Assembly (NCBI GenBank): GCA_965205855.1
Contig: OZ242184.1
Location: 886,570 to 950,569, forward strand
Length of the DNA stretch: 64,000 bases
Origin: Thermodesulfobacteriota bacterium
GTDB lineage: Bacteria > Desulfobacterota_D > UBA1144 > Nemesobacterales > Mycalebacteriaceae
Direction of reading: 5' to 3'
Positions 20,507 through 33,405 of this stretch are shown one piece after another. The position numbers were made by a program, and so were the translations under genes. The notes under the pieces were generated by a model. It worked only from the letters and a program-made list of their open reading frames with translations. It was not told the DNA's origin and did no database searches. Numbering within the stretch: the stretch's first letter is position 1; every line of letters begins with the position of its first letter.

Positions 20507-22209
20507 AACCCGCCGAAAAACCCGGTGAGGTGAAAAAAAAAGATTTCATAAGAGAGATTGTTTCAAGCGACTTGGTCTCCGGGAAAAACGGCGGACTGGT
20601 TGTAACACGCTTTCCTCCGGAGCCCAACGGGCATTTGCATATAGGGCACGCCAAATCAATATGTCTTAACTTCTCCATCGCCACGGAAAACTCGGGAAAA
20701 TGCAATCTGCGCTTTGACGATACAAATCCCGGCAAAGAGAAGGGGAAATTTGTCGAGTCAATCAAATCCGATATAAAATGGCTCGGTTTTGACTGGGAAG
20801 ACCGCATTTTCTTTGCCTCGGATTATTTTGACAAACTGTTTGAATGCGCCGTTCATCTGACAGAAAACTCGCTTGCCTATGTGGATGACCTCAGCGCGGA
20901 AGACATTCGCCTGCATCGCGGTACTTTGACCAAACCGGGCAAAAACAGCCCCTTCAGGGAAAGAACAGTTTCCGTAAACCTCGCTCTTCTCCACGAAATG
21001 AAAAACGGGAAGTTTTCCGAAGGAGAAAAGGTATTAAGGGCAAAAATAGACATGACTTCTCCAAACATCAATATGCGGGACCCGGTGATATACCGCATAC
21101 TGGAAACCCCTCATCACAAAACCGGCACAATCTGGAAAATTTATCCGACTTACGATTTTGCCCATCCGCTTTCAGATGCAATTGAGAAAGTAACCCACTC
21201 CCTGTGCACTCTTGAGTTTGAAGACCACAGACCGCTCTACGACTGGTTTGTTGAGCGCCTTGGTGACCTGCTGGGGAACCGTCCGCGTCAGATAGAGTTT
21301 TCCCGCCTTGAGATGAGCCATACCGTTATGAGCAAAAGACAGTTGTCCGAACTTGTTGAGACCGGGGTTACGGACGGCTGGGACGACCCCAGAATGCCGA
21401 CAATTTCCGCAATGCGACGGCGCGGATATCCGCCGGAATCCATAAGGCTTTTTTGCGACAAAGTTGGAATCACAAAACAGAAAAGCTTAATAGAGCAGAG
21501 TTTGCTTGAGCACACGGTCAGGGAGTGTCTGAATAAAACCGCGCTGAGACGGATGGCGGTTTTGAATCCGCTTAAGGTTGTCATAACAAACTATCCGGAA
21601 GATAAAGAGGAGTTTCTGTCTGCGACAAACAATCCCGAAGACGATTCTGCGGGAACAAGACAGCTTCCATTTTCCCGGACAATCTATGTGGAAAGGGACG
21701 ACTTTATGGAAAAACCCCCGAAGAAATTCCACCGCCTCGCTCCGGGCACGGAGGTACGGCTCCGATACGGATATTTTGTTACTTGTGTTGATGTCATAAA
21801 AAACGACAAAGGAGAGGTTGCAGAACTGCATTGCGAATACGATCCCCAGACAAAAGGCGGACACGCGCCCGATGGACGCAAAGTACGGGGAACAATTCAC
21901 TGGGTCAGCGCGAAACACTCCGAACTCGCGCAAGTAAGAATTTACGACAGACTTTTCACGCCGGAAAACCCGTCCGCCGAAGGAAAGAATTTAAAAGATA
22001 TTATCAATCCCGCTTCAATTGAAACCCTGAAAGATATTCCCGTTGAGCTGTCATTGAAAAAAGCAAAGCCCGGAGAAGTCTTTCAGTTTGAGAGGAAGGG
22101 CTATTTCGTCGTTGATAAAGATTCGAGAAACGATGAGATTGTTTTCAACAGAACTGCAACGCTCAGAGATTCGTGGGAGAAAAAGGGCAAAAACGCAAAC
22201 AAAGGTTAA
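20485..22209 (+). CDS. glnS: glutamine--tRNA ligase
   Basis: 574 aa. Class I HIGH (PEPNGHLHIGHAKS) and VMSKR motifs, with a GlnRS-type C-terminal anticodon-binding region. Confidence 0.9.
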   Translation: MQHKVEIEPAEKPGEVKKKDFIREIVSSDLVSGKNGGLVVTRFPPEPNGHLHIGHAKSICLNFSIATENSGKCNLRFDDTNPGKEKGKFVESIKSDIKWLGFDWEDRIFFASDYFDKLFECAVHLTENSLAYVDDLSAEDIRLHRGTLTKPGKNSPFRERTVSVNLALLHEMKNGKFSEGEKVLRAKIDMTSPNINMRDPVIYRILETPHHKTGTIWKIYPTYDFAHPLSDAIEKVTHSLCTLEFEDHRPLYDWFVERLGDLLGNRPRQIEFSRLEMSHTVMSKRQLSELVETGVTDGWDDPRMPTISAMRRRGYPPESIRLFCDKVGITKQKSLIEQSLLEHTVRECLNKTALRRMAVLNPLKVVITNYPEDKEEFLSATNNPEDDSAGTRQLPFSRTIYVERDDFMEKPPKKFHRLAPGTEVRLRYGYFVTCVDVIKNDKGEVAELHCEYDPQTKGGHAPDGRKVRGTIHWVSAKHSELAQVRIYDRLFTPENPSAEGKNLKDIINPASIETLKDIPVELSLKKAKPGEVFQFERKGYFVVDKDSRNDEIVFNRTATLRDSWEKKGKNANKG

Positions 22210-22223
22210 TCTCCCGAAGAACG

Positions 22224-23171
22224 TTAATTGCTTTCCGTCTCAAACCATTCTTCATGCTTTCCGTTTTCCGCGCGCGTGATTTCAAAAAACACTTTCTGAA
22301 GTTTTTTTGTAACCGGTCCGGGTTTGCCGTTGCCGATTTTTCTTTTGTCCACTTCGCGCACGGGAGTTATTTCCGCCGCCGTGCCGGTCAGAAAAACCTC
22401 ATCGGCGGTGTAAAGCTCGTCTCTGGTAAAACGCTGTTCACGCACCTCAAGCCCCTCGTCCGCAGCGAGTTGAATAACAGAGTCTCTGGTTATTCCCTCA
22501 AGCACGGATGTCAGCGGAGGGGTCTTTATAACATCGCCCCGGACGGCAAATATGTTCTCTCCGCTTCCTTCGGCAACATATCCCTCGGCGTCCAGAAGCA
22601 ACGCCTCATCAAAACCCATTGATATGGCTTCCTGTTTTGCCAGAACCGAGTTCACATAGTTGCCGCAAACTTTCGCCTTTGTCATAAAAGAGTTGACATT
22701 CATCCTTGTGAAAGAGGAAATTTTTGTTCTGATACCGTTATTTATTCCGTCGTCGCCTAGATAGGCACCCCAATTCCACGCGGCAATGGCCGTGGACACG
22801 GGATTGTTCTTGGGATACAAACCCATAGAGCCGTAACCGAGAAATGATATCGGGCGTATATAGGCTTCCTGCAGACCGTTTTTCTTGAGAAGTTCAAAAA
22901 TTGCGCCGCGAATTTCGTCTTTTGTATGAGGAATTTTCATACCCACTATGTGAGCGGACATAAAAAATCTGTCTATGTGCTTGCCGAGCTTCAACACGGC
23001 GGGTTTGTCCGGCTTCTTGGGGTTTCTGTACGCCCTTATGCCCTCAAAAACCCCCATTCCGTAGTGCAAAGTGTGGGTCAATATGTGAACATTCGCGCTT
23101 TCCCATGGAACGAGCGAACCGTTGAGCCATATAAGCTCAGGCATATCAATGGTATTTGAAGGTTCTGGCAT
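22224..23171 (-). CDS. ilvE: branched-chain-amino-acid aminotransferase
   Basis: 315 aa, fold-type IV PLP enzyme. [26 protein letters not shown] and LEGITR motifs. Confidence 0.9.
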   Translation of the reverse strand: MPEPSNTIDMPELIWLNGSLVPWESANVHILTHTLHYGMGVFEGIRAYRNPKKPDKPAVLKLGKHIDRFFMSAHIVGMKIPHTKDEIRGAIFELLKKNGLQEAYIRPISFLGYGSMGLYPKNNPVSTAIAAWNWGAYLGDDGINNGIRTKISSFTRMNVNSFMTKAKVCGNYVNSVLAKQEAISMGFDEALLLDAEGYVAEGSGENIFAVRGDVIKTPPLTSVLEGITRDSVIQLAADEGLEVREQRFTRDELYTADEVFLTGTAAEITPVREVDKRKIGNGKPGPVTKKLQKVFFEITRAENGKHEEWFETESN

Positions 23172-23267
23172 TGGGAAGTTCCGCTTGCTTACAAACGGGC
23201 TATTCTAACGACCACCGTCGAAAGTGCAATATGCCTTTTTCTCTTCGTGTGGTAGATTTCGATTTTT

Positions 23268-24515
23268 ATGGCTCAGAAAAACGGCGAAAAAAGAGTTCTT
23301 TTTATCAATCATTCGGTTCGTGACGGGGGTCCGGGAAGGAGTCTTTTCTACATACTGAAACATATTGACCGGAAAGTTATCCGTCCGGTTGTGCTTATAC
23401 CCCGTGACGACATATTCAGCGAAAGGCTGAAGGAAACGGGAATATACCGTGATGTGATTGTTGATTCCCGTTTTCCGGACGGGCTTTTCCGCCCTTACCT
23501 GCAGAAATTTCTCTCTAACTTCAGGTTTTCCTCTCCAGTGTTCACAACGTTTCTGAAGTTCATATACGCCACGGTCAACATATTGCGGATAGCAGCTCTT
23601 GTTTTCACTTTCGGAAATGTAATACGGGAGAGGCGCGTAGATTTGATACACTGCAACGGGACAATAGCAAAAATCACGGGCGCGTTTATGGGCACTATTT
23701 ACAAACGACCGGTTGTTTGGCATGTAAGAAACATACAGCAAACCCGTTTTTTGAAGTTTCTGATAACAAGTCTCGCCTCTTTTTCATCGGTTAAAAAGAT
23801 AATATGCGTTTCACGCGCCACCGCTCTTCAGTTTGGGAACAACCCGAAAGTATGCGTAATACATAACGGCGTGGATATTGAAGATTTTGACTCCAAAGAA
23901 ATGCGCCGGGGTGGGTTGAGAAAGGAGTTTTCAATCAAGCCGGACACAATTGTGATAGGAAACGCGGGCAGAGTGGTTCCGCGAAAAGGATATGAGCACA
24001 TTCTGGAAGTCGCGTCCTCGCTTTTGAAAAGGGAGGGTTTGAAAGAGAAAATCAAATTCGTGATTGTTGGTGATACGCCCGGTTTTTTCGGGGAAAATCA
24101 TCTTTCCAAACTCAAGGACGCAATCGTAAAAATGGGAATGTCGGACAGCTTTGTCTTTACGGGATTTAGAAAAAATGTCGCTACGTGCCTCGCGGACTTT
24201 GACATATTCATTATGCCTTCCAACTACCCCGATCCGTTTCCCCGATCCGTCATAGAGGCGATGTCTTGCGGTATACCGGTTGTGGGTTTCAAGGTGGGAG
24301 GAATAGAAGAATCGGTTGAGAACGGAGTAACGGGGATTTTAAGCCCTCCTGGAGACATAAGCCATATGACCGCGAGCGTAAGCAATCTTATGGAAAATGA
24401 GAACTTAAGAAAATCCATGGGAATAGCAGCCAAACAGCGCGCGGAAAATTTTTACTCGGCGCGGAGCAAAACGATGGAAATTCAGTCCGTTCTTGTTGAA
24501 GCGTCCGAAAAGTAG
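23268..24515 (+). CDS. glycosyltransferase family 4 (GT-B)
   Basis: 415 aa. C-terminal Glycos_transf_1 pattern GRVVPRKG...PSNYPDPFPRSVIEAMSCGIPVV (E-x7-E region). Confidence 0.8.
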   Translation: MAQKNGEKRVLFINHSVRDGGPGRSLFYILKHIDRKVIRPVVLIPRDDIFSERLKETGIYRDVIVDSRFPDGLFRPYLQKFLSNFRFSSPVFTTFLKFIYATVNILRIAALVFTFGNVIRERRVDLIHCNGTIAKITGAFMGTIYKRPVVWHVRNIQQTRFLKFLITSLASFSSVKKIICVSRATALQFGNNPKVCVIHNGVDIEDFDSKEMRRGGLRKEFSIKPDTIVIGNAGRVVPRKGYEHILEVASSLLKREGLKEKIKFVIVGDTPGFFGENHLSKLKDAIVKMGMSDSFVFTGFRKNVATCLADFDIFIMPSNYPDPFPRSVIEAMSCGIPVVGFKVGGIEESVENGVTGILSPPGDISHMTASVSNLMENENLRKSMGIAAKQRAENFYSARSKTMEIQSVLVEASEK

Positions 24516-24520
24516 AGGTT

Positions 24521-25882
24521 TCAGACAGTCTTTCTTGCTTCCCTTTTACGGAAGAACAGCCTTATCGGAGTGCCCTCAAAACCGAACTCCTCTCTGAGCC
24601 GCCGCTCAATATATTTTGAATAATGAGAGGGAACCCCAGCTCCCGTGGAGTTTGTAAACACAACAAAACTCGGCGGCTGTGAGCGAACCTGACTCATGTA
24701 GTATGCCTTGAACTCCCGACCCCGAAAAACCGACGGGCCGCTGCGCACGGCTTTTTTCAGAAAGTCGTTCAGTTTTCTCGTGGAAATTTTTTTCCGGTGC
24801 CACAAGTGCGCCTGACAAACCTCCTCAAACAATTTGTGAACGTTCTTCCCTTTCAAAGCGGATGCTTTCATCACCGACGAAAAAGAAAGAACGCCTCCAA
24901 GCCGCTCAACTGTTTTTTCGCGGATATCCTTCACTTCCCTTACGTTTTCGGGCGCGAGGTCCCATTTATTCAAAACAACCACCGCCGGTTTTCCCCTGTC
25001 CTCTACGAGAGATGCAAGACGTATGTCCTGCCGTGAGGGGCCTTTACCAGCGTCTATCATTAGCACCGCAACATCACACGCTGCTATGCTTCTTATCGCT
25101 TTCAAGGTTCCAAGACGCTCAACCGAATCTCCTATTCTCGCCCTTTTACGCACGCCCGCGGTGTCCGTCATCACATATTTTCGCCCTCCGTATTCAAGCG
25201 GGACATCAACGGCATCGCGTGTGGTTCCGGGTTCGGAACTTGTTATCATCCTATCGCTTTTCAGTATTGTGTTGACGAGTGTGGATTTTCCCACATTGGG
25301 TTTGCCGAGAACCGCGACCCGTATCGGCGGCTCGCTATCGTCTTTGGTCTGCGCACGTTTCAGGGGCGATAGCGCCGAGGTTATGCTGTCAAGAAGCTCG
25401 TAGGTGTTACGTCCGTGAAGAGCGGAAATCCCGGCGGTTTCCAACTCCCCCATAAAATGAAAATTATTAACAAGTTTCTCGTGCTTTGTATGGTCTATCT
25501 TGTTCACAAAGCAAAAAACCTTTTTTCTGCTTTTTCTTAGCATCCTCATAATCTCCACGTCCTGAGGAACTGGGCTCTCCATTCCGTTGAGAAGCATCAC
25601 AATCAAATCTGCCTCCGCAATGGCGATTTTCACCTGCTCTTTTGCCCCCGACTCCGAGGTATCCCCACCCAGAGACTCAAGCCCAGCCGTGTCAACAACA
25701 GAAAAATCCAACCCGTTCCATCTTACGTCCGCATATATTCTGTCCCTTGTTACACCCGGCACACTCTCCACGATTGCCTTGTCTGTTCCCGTAATCCTGT
25801 TGAACAAAGTTGATTTACCCACATTGGGCCTTCCAACAATTGCAACAAGGGGAACCGGTTGTCTGGCGGATTGAGAAAACAT
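24521..25882 (-). CDS. der: ribosome biogenesis GTPase Der (EngA)
   Basis: 453 aa with two tandem GTPase domains (GRPNVGKST and GKPNVGKST P-loops, DTAG motifs) plus a KH-like C-terminus. Confidence 0.9.
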   Translation of the reverse strand: MFSQSARQPVPLVAIVGRPNVGKSTLFNRITGTDKAIVESVPGVTRDRIYADVRWNGLDFSVVDTAGLESLGGDTSESGAKEQVKIAIAEADLIVMLLNGMESPVPQDVEIMRMLRKSRKKVFCFVNKIDHTKHEKLVNNFHFMGELETAGISALHGRNTYELLDSITSALSPLKRAQTKDDSEPPIRVAVLGKPNVGKSTLVNTILKSDRMITSSEPGTTRDAVDVPLEYGGRKYVMTDTAGVRKRARIGDSVERLGTLKAIRSIAACDVAVLMIDAGKGPSRQDIRLASLVEDRGKPAVVVLNKWDLAPENVREVKDIREKTVERLGGVLSFSSVMKASALKGKNVHKLFEEVCQAHLWHRKKISTRKLNDFLKKAVRSGPSVFRGREFKAYYMSQVRSQPPSFVVFTNSTGAGVPSHYSKYIERRLREEFGFEGTPIRLFFRKREARKTV

Positions 25883-25904
25883 AACGCTGGCACATTATAT
25901 ATTA

Positions 25905-26372
25905 TTGTCCGTTATGCAAAGGAAAAGAGTTTTAAAAACAGGAGCCGAAGCAGGCGCGCCAGTATTAGTTGTCAACAGAAGCCTCAAGGCGGAGCCCCGG
26001 CACCTCCGCCTCATCAAAAAGTGCGCGCGCAAAGCACTTGAGATTCTTTCCCTCAAAGGCGAATTGAGCATAGCAGTTGTTGACGACCCGGAGATGCGGG
26101 AGATTAACCGGACTTACAAAAAAGCGTCAAAAACAACCGACGTACTCTCTTTTGAGCAAGGTGAAAACGGTTTGATAGGCGACGTTATAATATCTTTTGA
26201 AACCGCCCGCCGCCGTGCCGGTCTTTACGGCATCACGATTGAAGAGGAAATAAAGCGCCTCGTTGTCCACGGGACCGCCCACCTTGCCGGACACACTCAT
26301 AAGAGGAGAAAGGACGGCGCAGAAATGCGCGCCGAAGAATCAAAAATTCTCTCCGCCGTCTCAAAACTATGA
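25905..26372 (+). CDS. ybeY: rRNA maturation endoribonuclease YbeY
   Basis: 155 aa with the HGTAHLAGHTH zinc motif (H-x3-H-x5-H). Confidence 0.85.
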   Translation: MSVMQRKRVLKTGAEAGAPVLVVNRSLKAEPRHLRLIKKCARKALEILSLKGELSIAVVDDPEMREINRTYKKASKTTDVLSFEQGENGLIGDVIISFETARRRAGLYGITIEEEIKRLVVHGTAHLAGHTHKRRKDGAEMRAEESKILSAVSKL

Positions 26373-26960
26373 AACGTCCGGCACGGGCTCCGGTTTTTGG
26401 GGTTTGGCCTCCGACTGTTGCGCTCCGAGGTCTCTCTCTATTTCTTCAATCTCTTTGAGCGTGGGAAGGTCGGAAAGTCTTTCTATGCCGAAAGTCTCAA
26501 AAAACTCCCCGGTTGTTTTATAGAGAAACGGCCTGCCGGGAACGTCCTTTCTTCCGCATATTTCAAGCAGTCGCCTTTCCATAAGAAGGTTGACGACTGC
26601 GGATGAATCCACACCGCGTATTTCCTCCACATCGGCTTTTGTCAGAGGCTGCTGATACGCCGATATGGCAAGTACTTCAAGCGCTGCCTTGCTGAGGCGT
26701 AGTTTCTTTATTTTTTTGTTGAATTTGATTATCTCGCCCGCGTGCTCTTTTTTTGTGCGGAACTGATAACCGCCCGCGACTTTTACAAGCTCAAAACCCC
26801 TGTCCAACTCGTTCCACTCATTGGCAAGCTCCCTGAAAATTGCGCCGATGTCTTCACCGGCGAGTTCGGGCAGATTGTTTTTTACCTCCCCCGGGCTCAC
26901 GGGTGACTGTGATGTAAAAACAACCGCCTCAACCGTTTTCTTTATCAGTTTTTTCTCCAT
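26367..26960 (-). CDS. scpB: segregation and condensation protein B
   Basis: Start MEKKLIKKTVEAVVF, then LEVLAISAYQQPLTKADVEEIRGV winged-helix repeats. The longer ORF start at 27101 would lie inside scpA. Confidence 0.85.
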   Translation of the reverse strand: MEKKLIKKTVEAVVFTSQSPVSPGEVKNNLPELAGEDIGAIFRELANEWNELDRGFELVKVAGGYQFRTKKEHAGEIIKFNKKIKKLRLSKAALEVLAISAYQQPLTKADVEEIRGVDSSAVVNLLMERRLLEICGRKDVPGRPFLYKTTGEFFETFGIERLSDLPTLKEIEEIERDLGAQQSEAKPQKPEPVPDVS

Positions 26961-27738
26961 CCTTTTTTTCCTCCGAATATAAAAGTCGTATTGAAGAGAA
27001 AGGTTTTTTTTGAAACAACTCCACAATTTCTTTTTTCGCAAGTTCAAGAATCGCCATAAAAGAAATAACAATATGTCTCTTTGATGGCGCGCCGTCCTCA
27101 AAAAGCATATTGAAATCTTCTATAACTTTCTTCTCTTTTATCTTTTCATGTATCTCGGCAATTCGCCGCTCCACCGACACGGGGTCTATGACAAAGGTTA
27201 TGTCTTCGGTGTCATTTTCGTTGATTCTCGCTCTCATCTCACACAGGGAAGCGATAAGTTTCCACACACCGGACGTTGCCGTTTCGGTTTCAATTTCCGG
27301 ATCGCCGAATTCCTCCGCATATCCGTATCCTTTTACAAACACATCCCTGCCCAGTAAATTCATATCAGCCATTTTCATCGCGACATCACGAAACCTCTCA
27401 TATACAACCAGCCGCCTCGCAAGTTCCATGCGAGGGTCGAGCTGCGAAACTTCATCCTCTTCTTCGGTACGGGGTAAAAGCATTTTGGATTTTATAAAAC
27501 CCAGCTCCGCAAGGAGGGGAAGATAAGCCCCAATGGCGTCAAGGTCGCACTCTTCAATCATTGTCAAATGGCGGTTGTACTGGTCGGAAATTTCCGAAAT
27601 TGGAATGTCATAAATATTTATTTCGCTTTTTTTAACGAGAGAAAGCAGAAGGTCCAACGGGCCTTCAAATTCTTCAATATCAACCGTATAAAAGTCTGTA
27701 TGCGTATCGTCGGTCAATTTTTGCTGTTTTTCCGTCAT
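26929..27738 (-). CDS. scpA: segregation and condensation protein A
   Basis: 269 aa. FEGPLDLLLSL...I.DIPISEI is the N-terminal signature of ScpA kleisins. The gene lies upstream of and overlaps scpB. Confidence 0.85.
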   Translation of the reverse strand: MTEKQQKLTDDTHTDFYTVDIEEFEGPLDLLLSLVKKSEINIYDIPISEISDQYNRHLTMIEECDLDAIGAYLPLLAELGFIKSKMLLPRTEEEDEVSQLDPRMELARRLVVYERFRDVAMKMADMNLLGRDVFVKGYGYAEEFGDPEIETETATSGVWKLIASLCEMRARINENDTEDITFVIDPVSVERRIAEIHEKIKEKKVIEDFNMLFEDGAPSKRHIVISFMAILELAKKEIVELFQKKPFSSIRLLYSEEKKDGEKTDKENG

Positions 27739-27750
27739 TGCAACACGGAT

Positions 27751-28395
27751 TTAAAGAATGCCCTGCACTCCCGATAACAAAACGGTCATCTCCTTTACAG
27801 GCGTCCATAAAACTTTCATAAACCCTTCCCTTGCAAATATAAAAATTCCAAACAGCAGAAGCATCCCGATTTTTTCAAAACGTATGTAAAAATCCGCCAA
27901 CCTTCCCGGAAGAATCCCGTAAAGAATCCTTGAGCCGTCAAGCGGAGGAATCGGAATAAGATTGAACAGCGCAAGGGCGATGCTGTAGAAAACGGTTAGA
28001 ATCAGTACATTCCTCATAAATATCTCCGCACCGGGAGAAAGCAAATTCCCCGTTCCAAAGTCCGCAAGAGCCCTGATTACCCATCCGGCGACAAATGCGG
28101 TCAGAAGGTTTGACAGAGGCCCGGCCGCCGCTATGTATATCATTTCTGTTTTCGGGTTTTTCAGTTTGGAGAGATCCACAGGCACCGGCTTCGCCCATCC
28201 GAACCCCACTATGAACATGAGCACGGTTCCGAGAATATCAAGGTGTGCTATCGGGTTGAGGGTCAGTCTCCCGAGCCTTCTTGCCGTATCGTCTCCAAGC
28301 GCGTCTGCCACAAAGGCGTGGCTGAACTCATGTACGGTCAGCACAAACAGTATGACGACCGACAGAACCACAATTTGCAAAGGGTCGAAAAACAC
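27751..28395 (-). CDS. site-2 protease family (M50) membrane zinc metalloprotease
   Basis: 214 aa polytopic membrane protein with HEFSHAF (HExxH) in TM1 and LFNLIPIPPLDG. Confidence 0.75.
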   Translation of the reverse strand: MFFDPLQIVVLSVVILFVLTVHEFSHAFVADALGDDTARRLGRLTLNPIAHLDILGTVLMFIVGFGWAKPVPVDLSKLKNPKTEMIYIAAAGPLSNLLTAFVAGWVIRALADFGTGNLLSPGAEIFMRNVLILTVFYSIALALFNLIPIPPLDGSRILYGILPGRLADFYIRFEKIGMLLLFGIFIFAREGFMKVLWTPVKEMTVLLSGVQGIL

Positions 28396-28399
28396 CGCG

Positions 28400-30585
<2,186 letters not shown>

Positions 30586-31749
30586 TTATCCCAGACTGTT
30601 TTTCAAACCCTCCGCCCTGTCGGTTCTTTCCCATGTAAATCCTCTCTCCTCGCGGCCGAAATGACCGTACGCAGCGGTCTGTAAATACACGGGTCTGAGA
30701 AGTTCGAGATCTTCTATAATACCCGCGGGTCTAAGGTCAAAATTTTCCCTTATTGCGGACGCTATTCTGCTTTCCGGCTCGGTTGACGTCCCGAAGGTAT
30801 CTACCATTACGGAGACGGGATGTGCTATTCCTATCGCATAGGCGAGTTGAATTTCACACTCCTTCGCGATTCCTGCCGCCACAATGTTTTTTGCTATGTA
30901 ACGCGCCATATACGCGGCGCTGCGGTCAACCTTTGAAGGGTCTTTTCCGGAAAAGGCTCCCCCGCCGTGGCGTGCCCAGCCGCCGTATGTGTCTATGATG
31001 ATTTTTCTTCCCGTAAGACCGACATCCCCCATCGGACCGCCTATGACAAATCTTCCGGTCGGGTTTACAAAAATTTTGGTTTCTTTAGTAATAAGAGACT
31101 CGTCAATCACGGGCTTCACAACCTCTTCTACAATCCCCTCGTATATGGTCTTGCTGTTCGTATCAGCCGAGTGCTGGGAGGAAACCACCACCGTGTCTAT
31201 TGCAACAGGTTTGTTGTTTTCGTATCTGACAGTAACCTGGGATTTTCCGTCTGGCCTGAGAAACGGCAGAACGCCCTTTTTCCTTGCCTCGGAAAGATTC
31301 TTTGACAGCTGATGCGCGCACATAATTGGAAACGGAAGAAGCTCGGGTGTGTCATCATTCGCATATCCAAACATAAGCCCCTGGTCTCCGGCTCCCTGCT
31401 CTTTTCCGGGTCCCGAATCAACCCCCGCTGCTATGTCCTCGGACTGCACATCGGTTGCCACAACAACTGAGCAAGTCCTCGCATCAAAGCCCATTGAACT
31501 GTCCGTATATCCTATGTTTTCCACTGTCTGTCTGACCGTTTCGGGAATGTTAACCCGACTTGAGCTTGTTATCTCGCCCGACACAACGACAAGCCCCGTG
31601 GTTATCAAAGTCTCGCACGCGACCCTGCTGTTGGGGTCTCCGTCGAGCATTCGGTCAAGAACCGCATCCGATATCTGGTCTGCTATCTTATCGGGATGGC
31701 CCTCGGTTACGGACTCTGATGTGAAAATAAAACTCTTGTTGGAGGACAT
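30586..31749 (-). CDS. metK: S-adenosylmethionine synthase
   Basis: 387 aa. [25 protein letters not shown] and GGGAFSGKD signatures. Confidence 0.95.
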   Translation of the reverse strand: MSSNKSFIFTSESVTEGHPDKIADQISDAVLDRMLDGDPNSRVACETLITTGLVVVSGEITSSSRVNIPETVRQTVENIGYTDSSMGFDARTCSVVVATDVQSEDIAAGVDSGPGKEQGAGDQGLMFGYANDDTPELLPFPIMCAHQLSKNLSEARKKGVLPFLRPDGKSQVTVRYENNKPVAIDTVVVSSQHSADTNSKTIYEGIVEEVVKPVIDESLITKETKIFVNPTGRFVIGGPMGDVGLTGRKIIIDTYGGWARHGGGAFSGKDPSKVDRSAAYMARYIAKNIVAAGIAKECEIQLAYAIGIAHPVSVMVDTFGTSTEPESRIASAIRENFDLRPAGIIEDLELLRPVYLQTAAYGHFGREERGFTWERTDRAEGLKNSLG

Positions 31750-31782
31750 AATCTGAAAAATGACTCAACGAACTGAAAACTC

Positions 31783-31811
31783 AACATATTGCCTATATAC
31801 CTTTGTGTCAA
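31783..31811 (-). promoter_or_regulatory. candidate sigma-70-type promoter of metK-ahcY
   Basis: On the minus strand, TTGACA-17 nt-TATGTT lies about 30 nt upstream of the metK ATG. Pattern only. Confidence 0.3.
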
Positions 31812-31845
31812 GTTTTCCGGAAACGCAAAAGAGCGCGCGGCGGTT

Positions 31846-32514
31846 TCAGGCGAGAATCTTTGAGACCATGACGTTTTTCTCCCCTTCCGTTCTCTCCTGG
31901 GACGGAGGAATTCGGCTTCCCTTGTGAACCGCCGGGCGCGCGGCCACGCACTCAAACCACTTTTTCAGATTCGGCAGACGGGAGATATCAACGCCCGCCC
32001 TGTCGCAACTGTCCGCCCAGGGCCAAAGCGCCATATCCGCTATTGTGTAGTCCTGTCCGGCGACAAATGGAACAAGAGAAAGTCTTTTTTCCAGAACTTC
32101 ATACAACCTGTTTGTCTCTCTTGTGTATCTGTCCCGCGCGTAGTAGGTTTCCTCCTCGGTAACATAGTGGCGGAAAACATGCGCCTGCCCGTGCATGGGA
32201 CCAACTCCCGACATTTGAAACATAAGCCACTGCATCACAACCGACCTGCCCTCCAAGTCGCCCGGCAGGAATTTACCGGTTTTCTCGGCAAGATAGACAA
32301 GAATCGCACCGGATTCAAAAACGGCGAACCCTCCCATGTCTTCATCAACAATCACGGGTATCCGCCCGTTGGGATTCATTGCGAGAAACTCCGGTTTTTT
32401 CTGCTCCATCTCATCCAGTTTGACAGTGTGAACCTTGTATGGAACCCCTGTTTCCTCAAGCATTATGGAGATTTTTCTTCCGTTTGGAGTCGCCGCTGTG
32501 TAAAGATGAATCAT
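31846..32514 (-). CDS. glutathione S-transferase family protein (Nu/YfcG-YghU-like)
   Basis: 222 aa. N-terminal thioredoxin-like domain [13 protein letters not shown]...NPNGRIPV and an alpha-helical C-domain. Confidence 0.75.
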   Translation of the reverse strand: MIHLYTAATPNGRKISIMLEETGVPYKVHTVKLDEMEQKKPEFLAMNPNGRIPVIVDEDMGGFAVFESGAILVYLAEKTGKFLPGDLEGRSVVMQWLMFQMSGVGPMHGQAHVFRHYVTEEETYYARDRYTRETNRLYEVLEKRLSLVPFVAGQDYTIADMALWPWADSCDRAGVDISRLPNLKKWFECVAARPAVHKGSRIPPSQERTEGEKNVMVSKILA

Positions 32515-32525
32515 TGGTAAAACTG

Positions 32526-33329
32526 TCAGCGAACAACTTCTATAACTCTGCTTTCACTGCCGAATCTGCCGGGAACAACATCGCCCGAACTGTCCAGGAG
32601 CTCAATCCGAAAAGTGTATACGCCGCTTTTCAGTCCTTCGACAAAAGCCGGACTCCACTTGGCAAACACCTCGGATGCCACAATGGAATCTCGGGACGCG
32701 CCCTCTCCTTCATGGACGGTCAGCCTCACCCTGTATCCATCTTTGCGGAGAACCGCATTGTGAATGTAGAAATCAACCATTATTCTCTCCGCGTCTTTAC
32801 CTTTATAAGAGCCCTTGGGACGACTGTATATAAGCGCGGGACCGGTTGAAAGGTTTTCAAGCGGATAGGGTTTCCCGAAAGATGAGAAAACACTGAAGTT
32901 TACAATATCGGACGCGCCTTCTGTTTTAACGCTTTCGTGATAAGAGCGCGACGGGAAAACGACAAGAGTATGGGTCCCCGGGCTCAAACCGTCCAGGCGA
33001 ACCGGCTTTGAAACATCGTAGATGGCTTTGTATGGCTTGTTGTCAACAATCAAATGTATATGCTGCCCCCGGTCCGAGTTTGCCACAAGAGTTTTTCTTC
33101 CGGTTCGGGTCTGAACTCCGAGTTTATAGCCGGCAACTTCCAGTTTGATTTTTGGCGACCGCGAGAAAACGGACTTACCGTGCTTCGGATAAACAACCCT
33201 GACCCGCGGGCTGCGGAACTCGGGCGACCTTGTAACCTTGGTAATGCGAACCTGCTCCGCTCCGCGAACATCTGTCGAAAAAACTGCTATAAAAAGCCCC
33301 GATACGGCAAAAAAAAGTAAAAACCTCAT
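32526..33329 (-). CDS. hypothetical exported protein (267 aa)
   Basis: N-terminal signal-peptide-like segment [18 protein letters not shown], then a beta-rich sequence. No family recognised. Confidence 0.5.
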   Translation of the reverse strand: MRFLLFFAVSGLFIAVFSTDVRGAEQVRITKVTRSPEFRSPRVRVVYPKHGKSVFSRSPKIKLEVAGYKLGVQTRTGRKTLVANSDRGQHIHLIVDNKPYKAIYDVSKPVRLDGLSPGTHTLVVFPSRSYHESVKTEGASDIVNFSVFSSFGKPYPLENLSTGPALIYSRPKGSYKGKDAERIMVDFYIHNAVLRKDGYRVRLTVHEGEGASRDSIVASEVFAKWSPAFVEGLKSGVYTFRIELLDSSGDVVPGRFGSESRVIEVVR

Positions 33330-33405
33330 ATTTTAGTTTAACACTACAACGCCGTCCGGCGGAAAGAAATTTGAAAAACGCCACCGCCCGTGTAAGTTCC
33401 ACGCC

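Noticed and set aside
23205-23741. 178-aa minus-strand ORF overlapping the 5' part of the GT4 glycosyltransferase gene
   Set aside because: It is antisense to a gene with a clear GT-B family pattern. Its translation has no recognisable motifs, and accepting it would eliminate the ilvE/GT4 divergent promoter region.
31750-31845. Possible SAM riboswitch upstream of metK
   Set aside because: Only ~96 nt separate metK from the upstream gene. Most of that is taken by a plausible promoter, and I could not find the conserved SAM-I/SAM-II helices or core motifs by eye. A covariance-model scan (Rfam) would be decisive.
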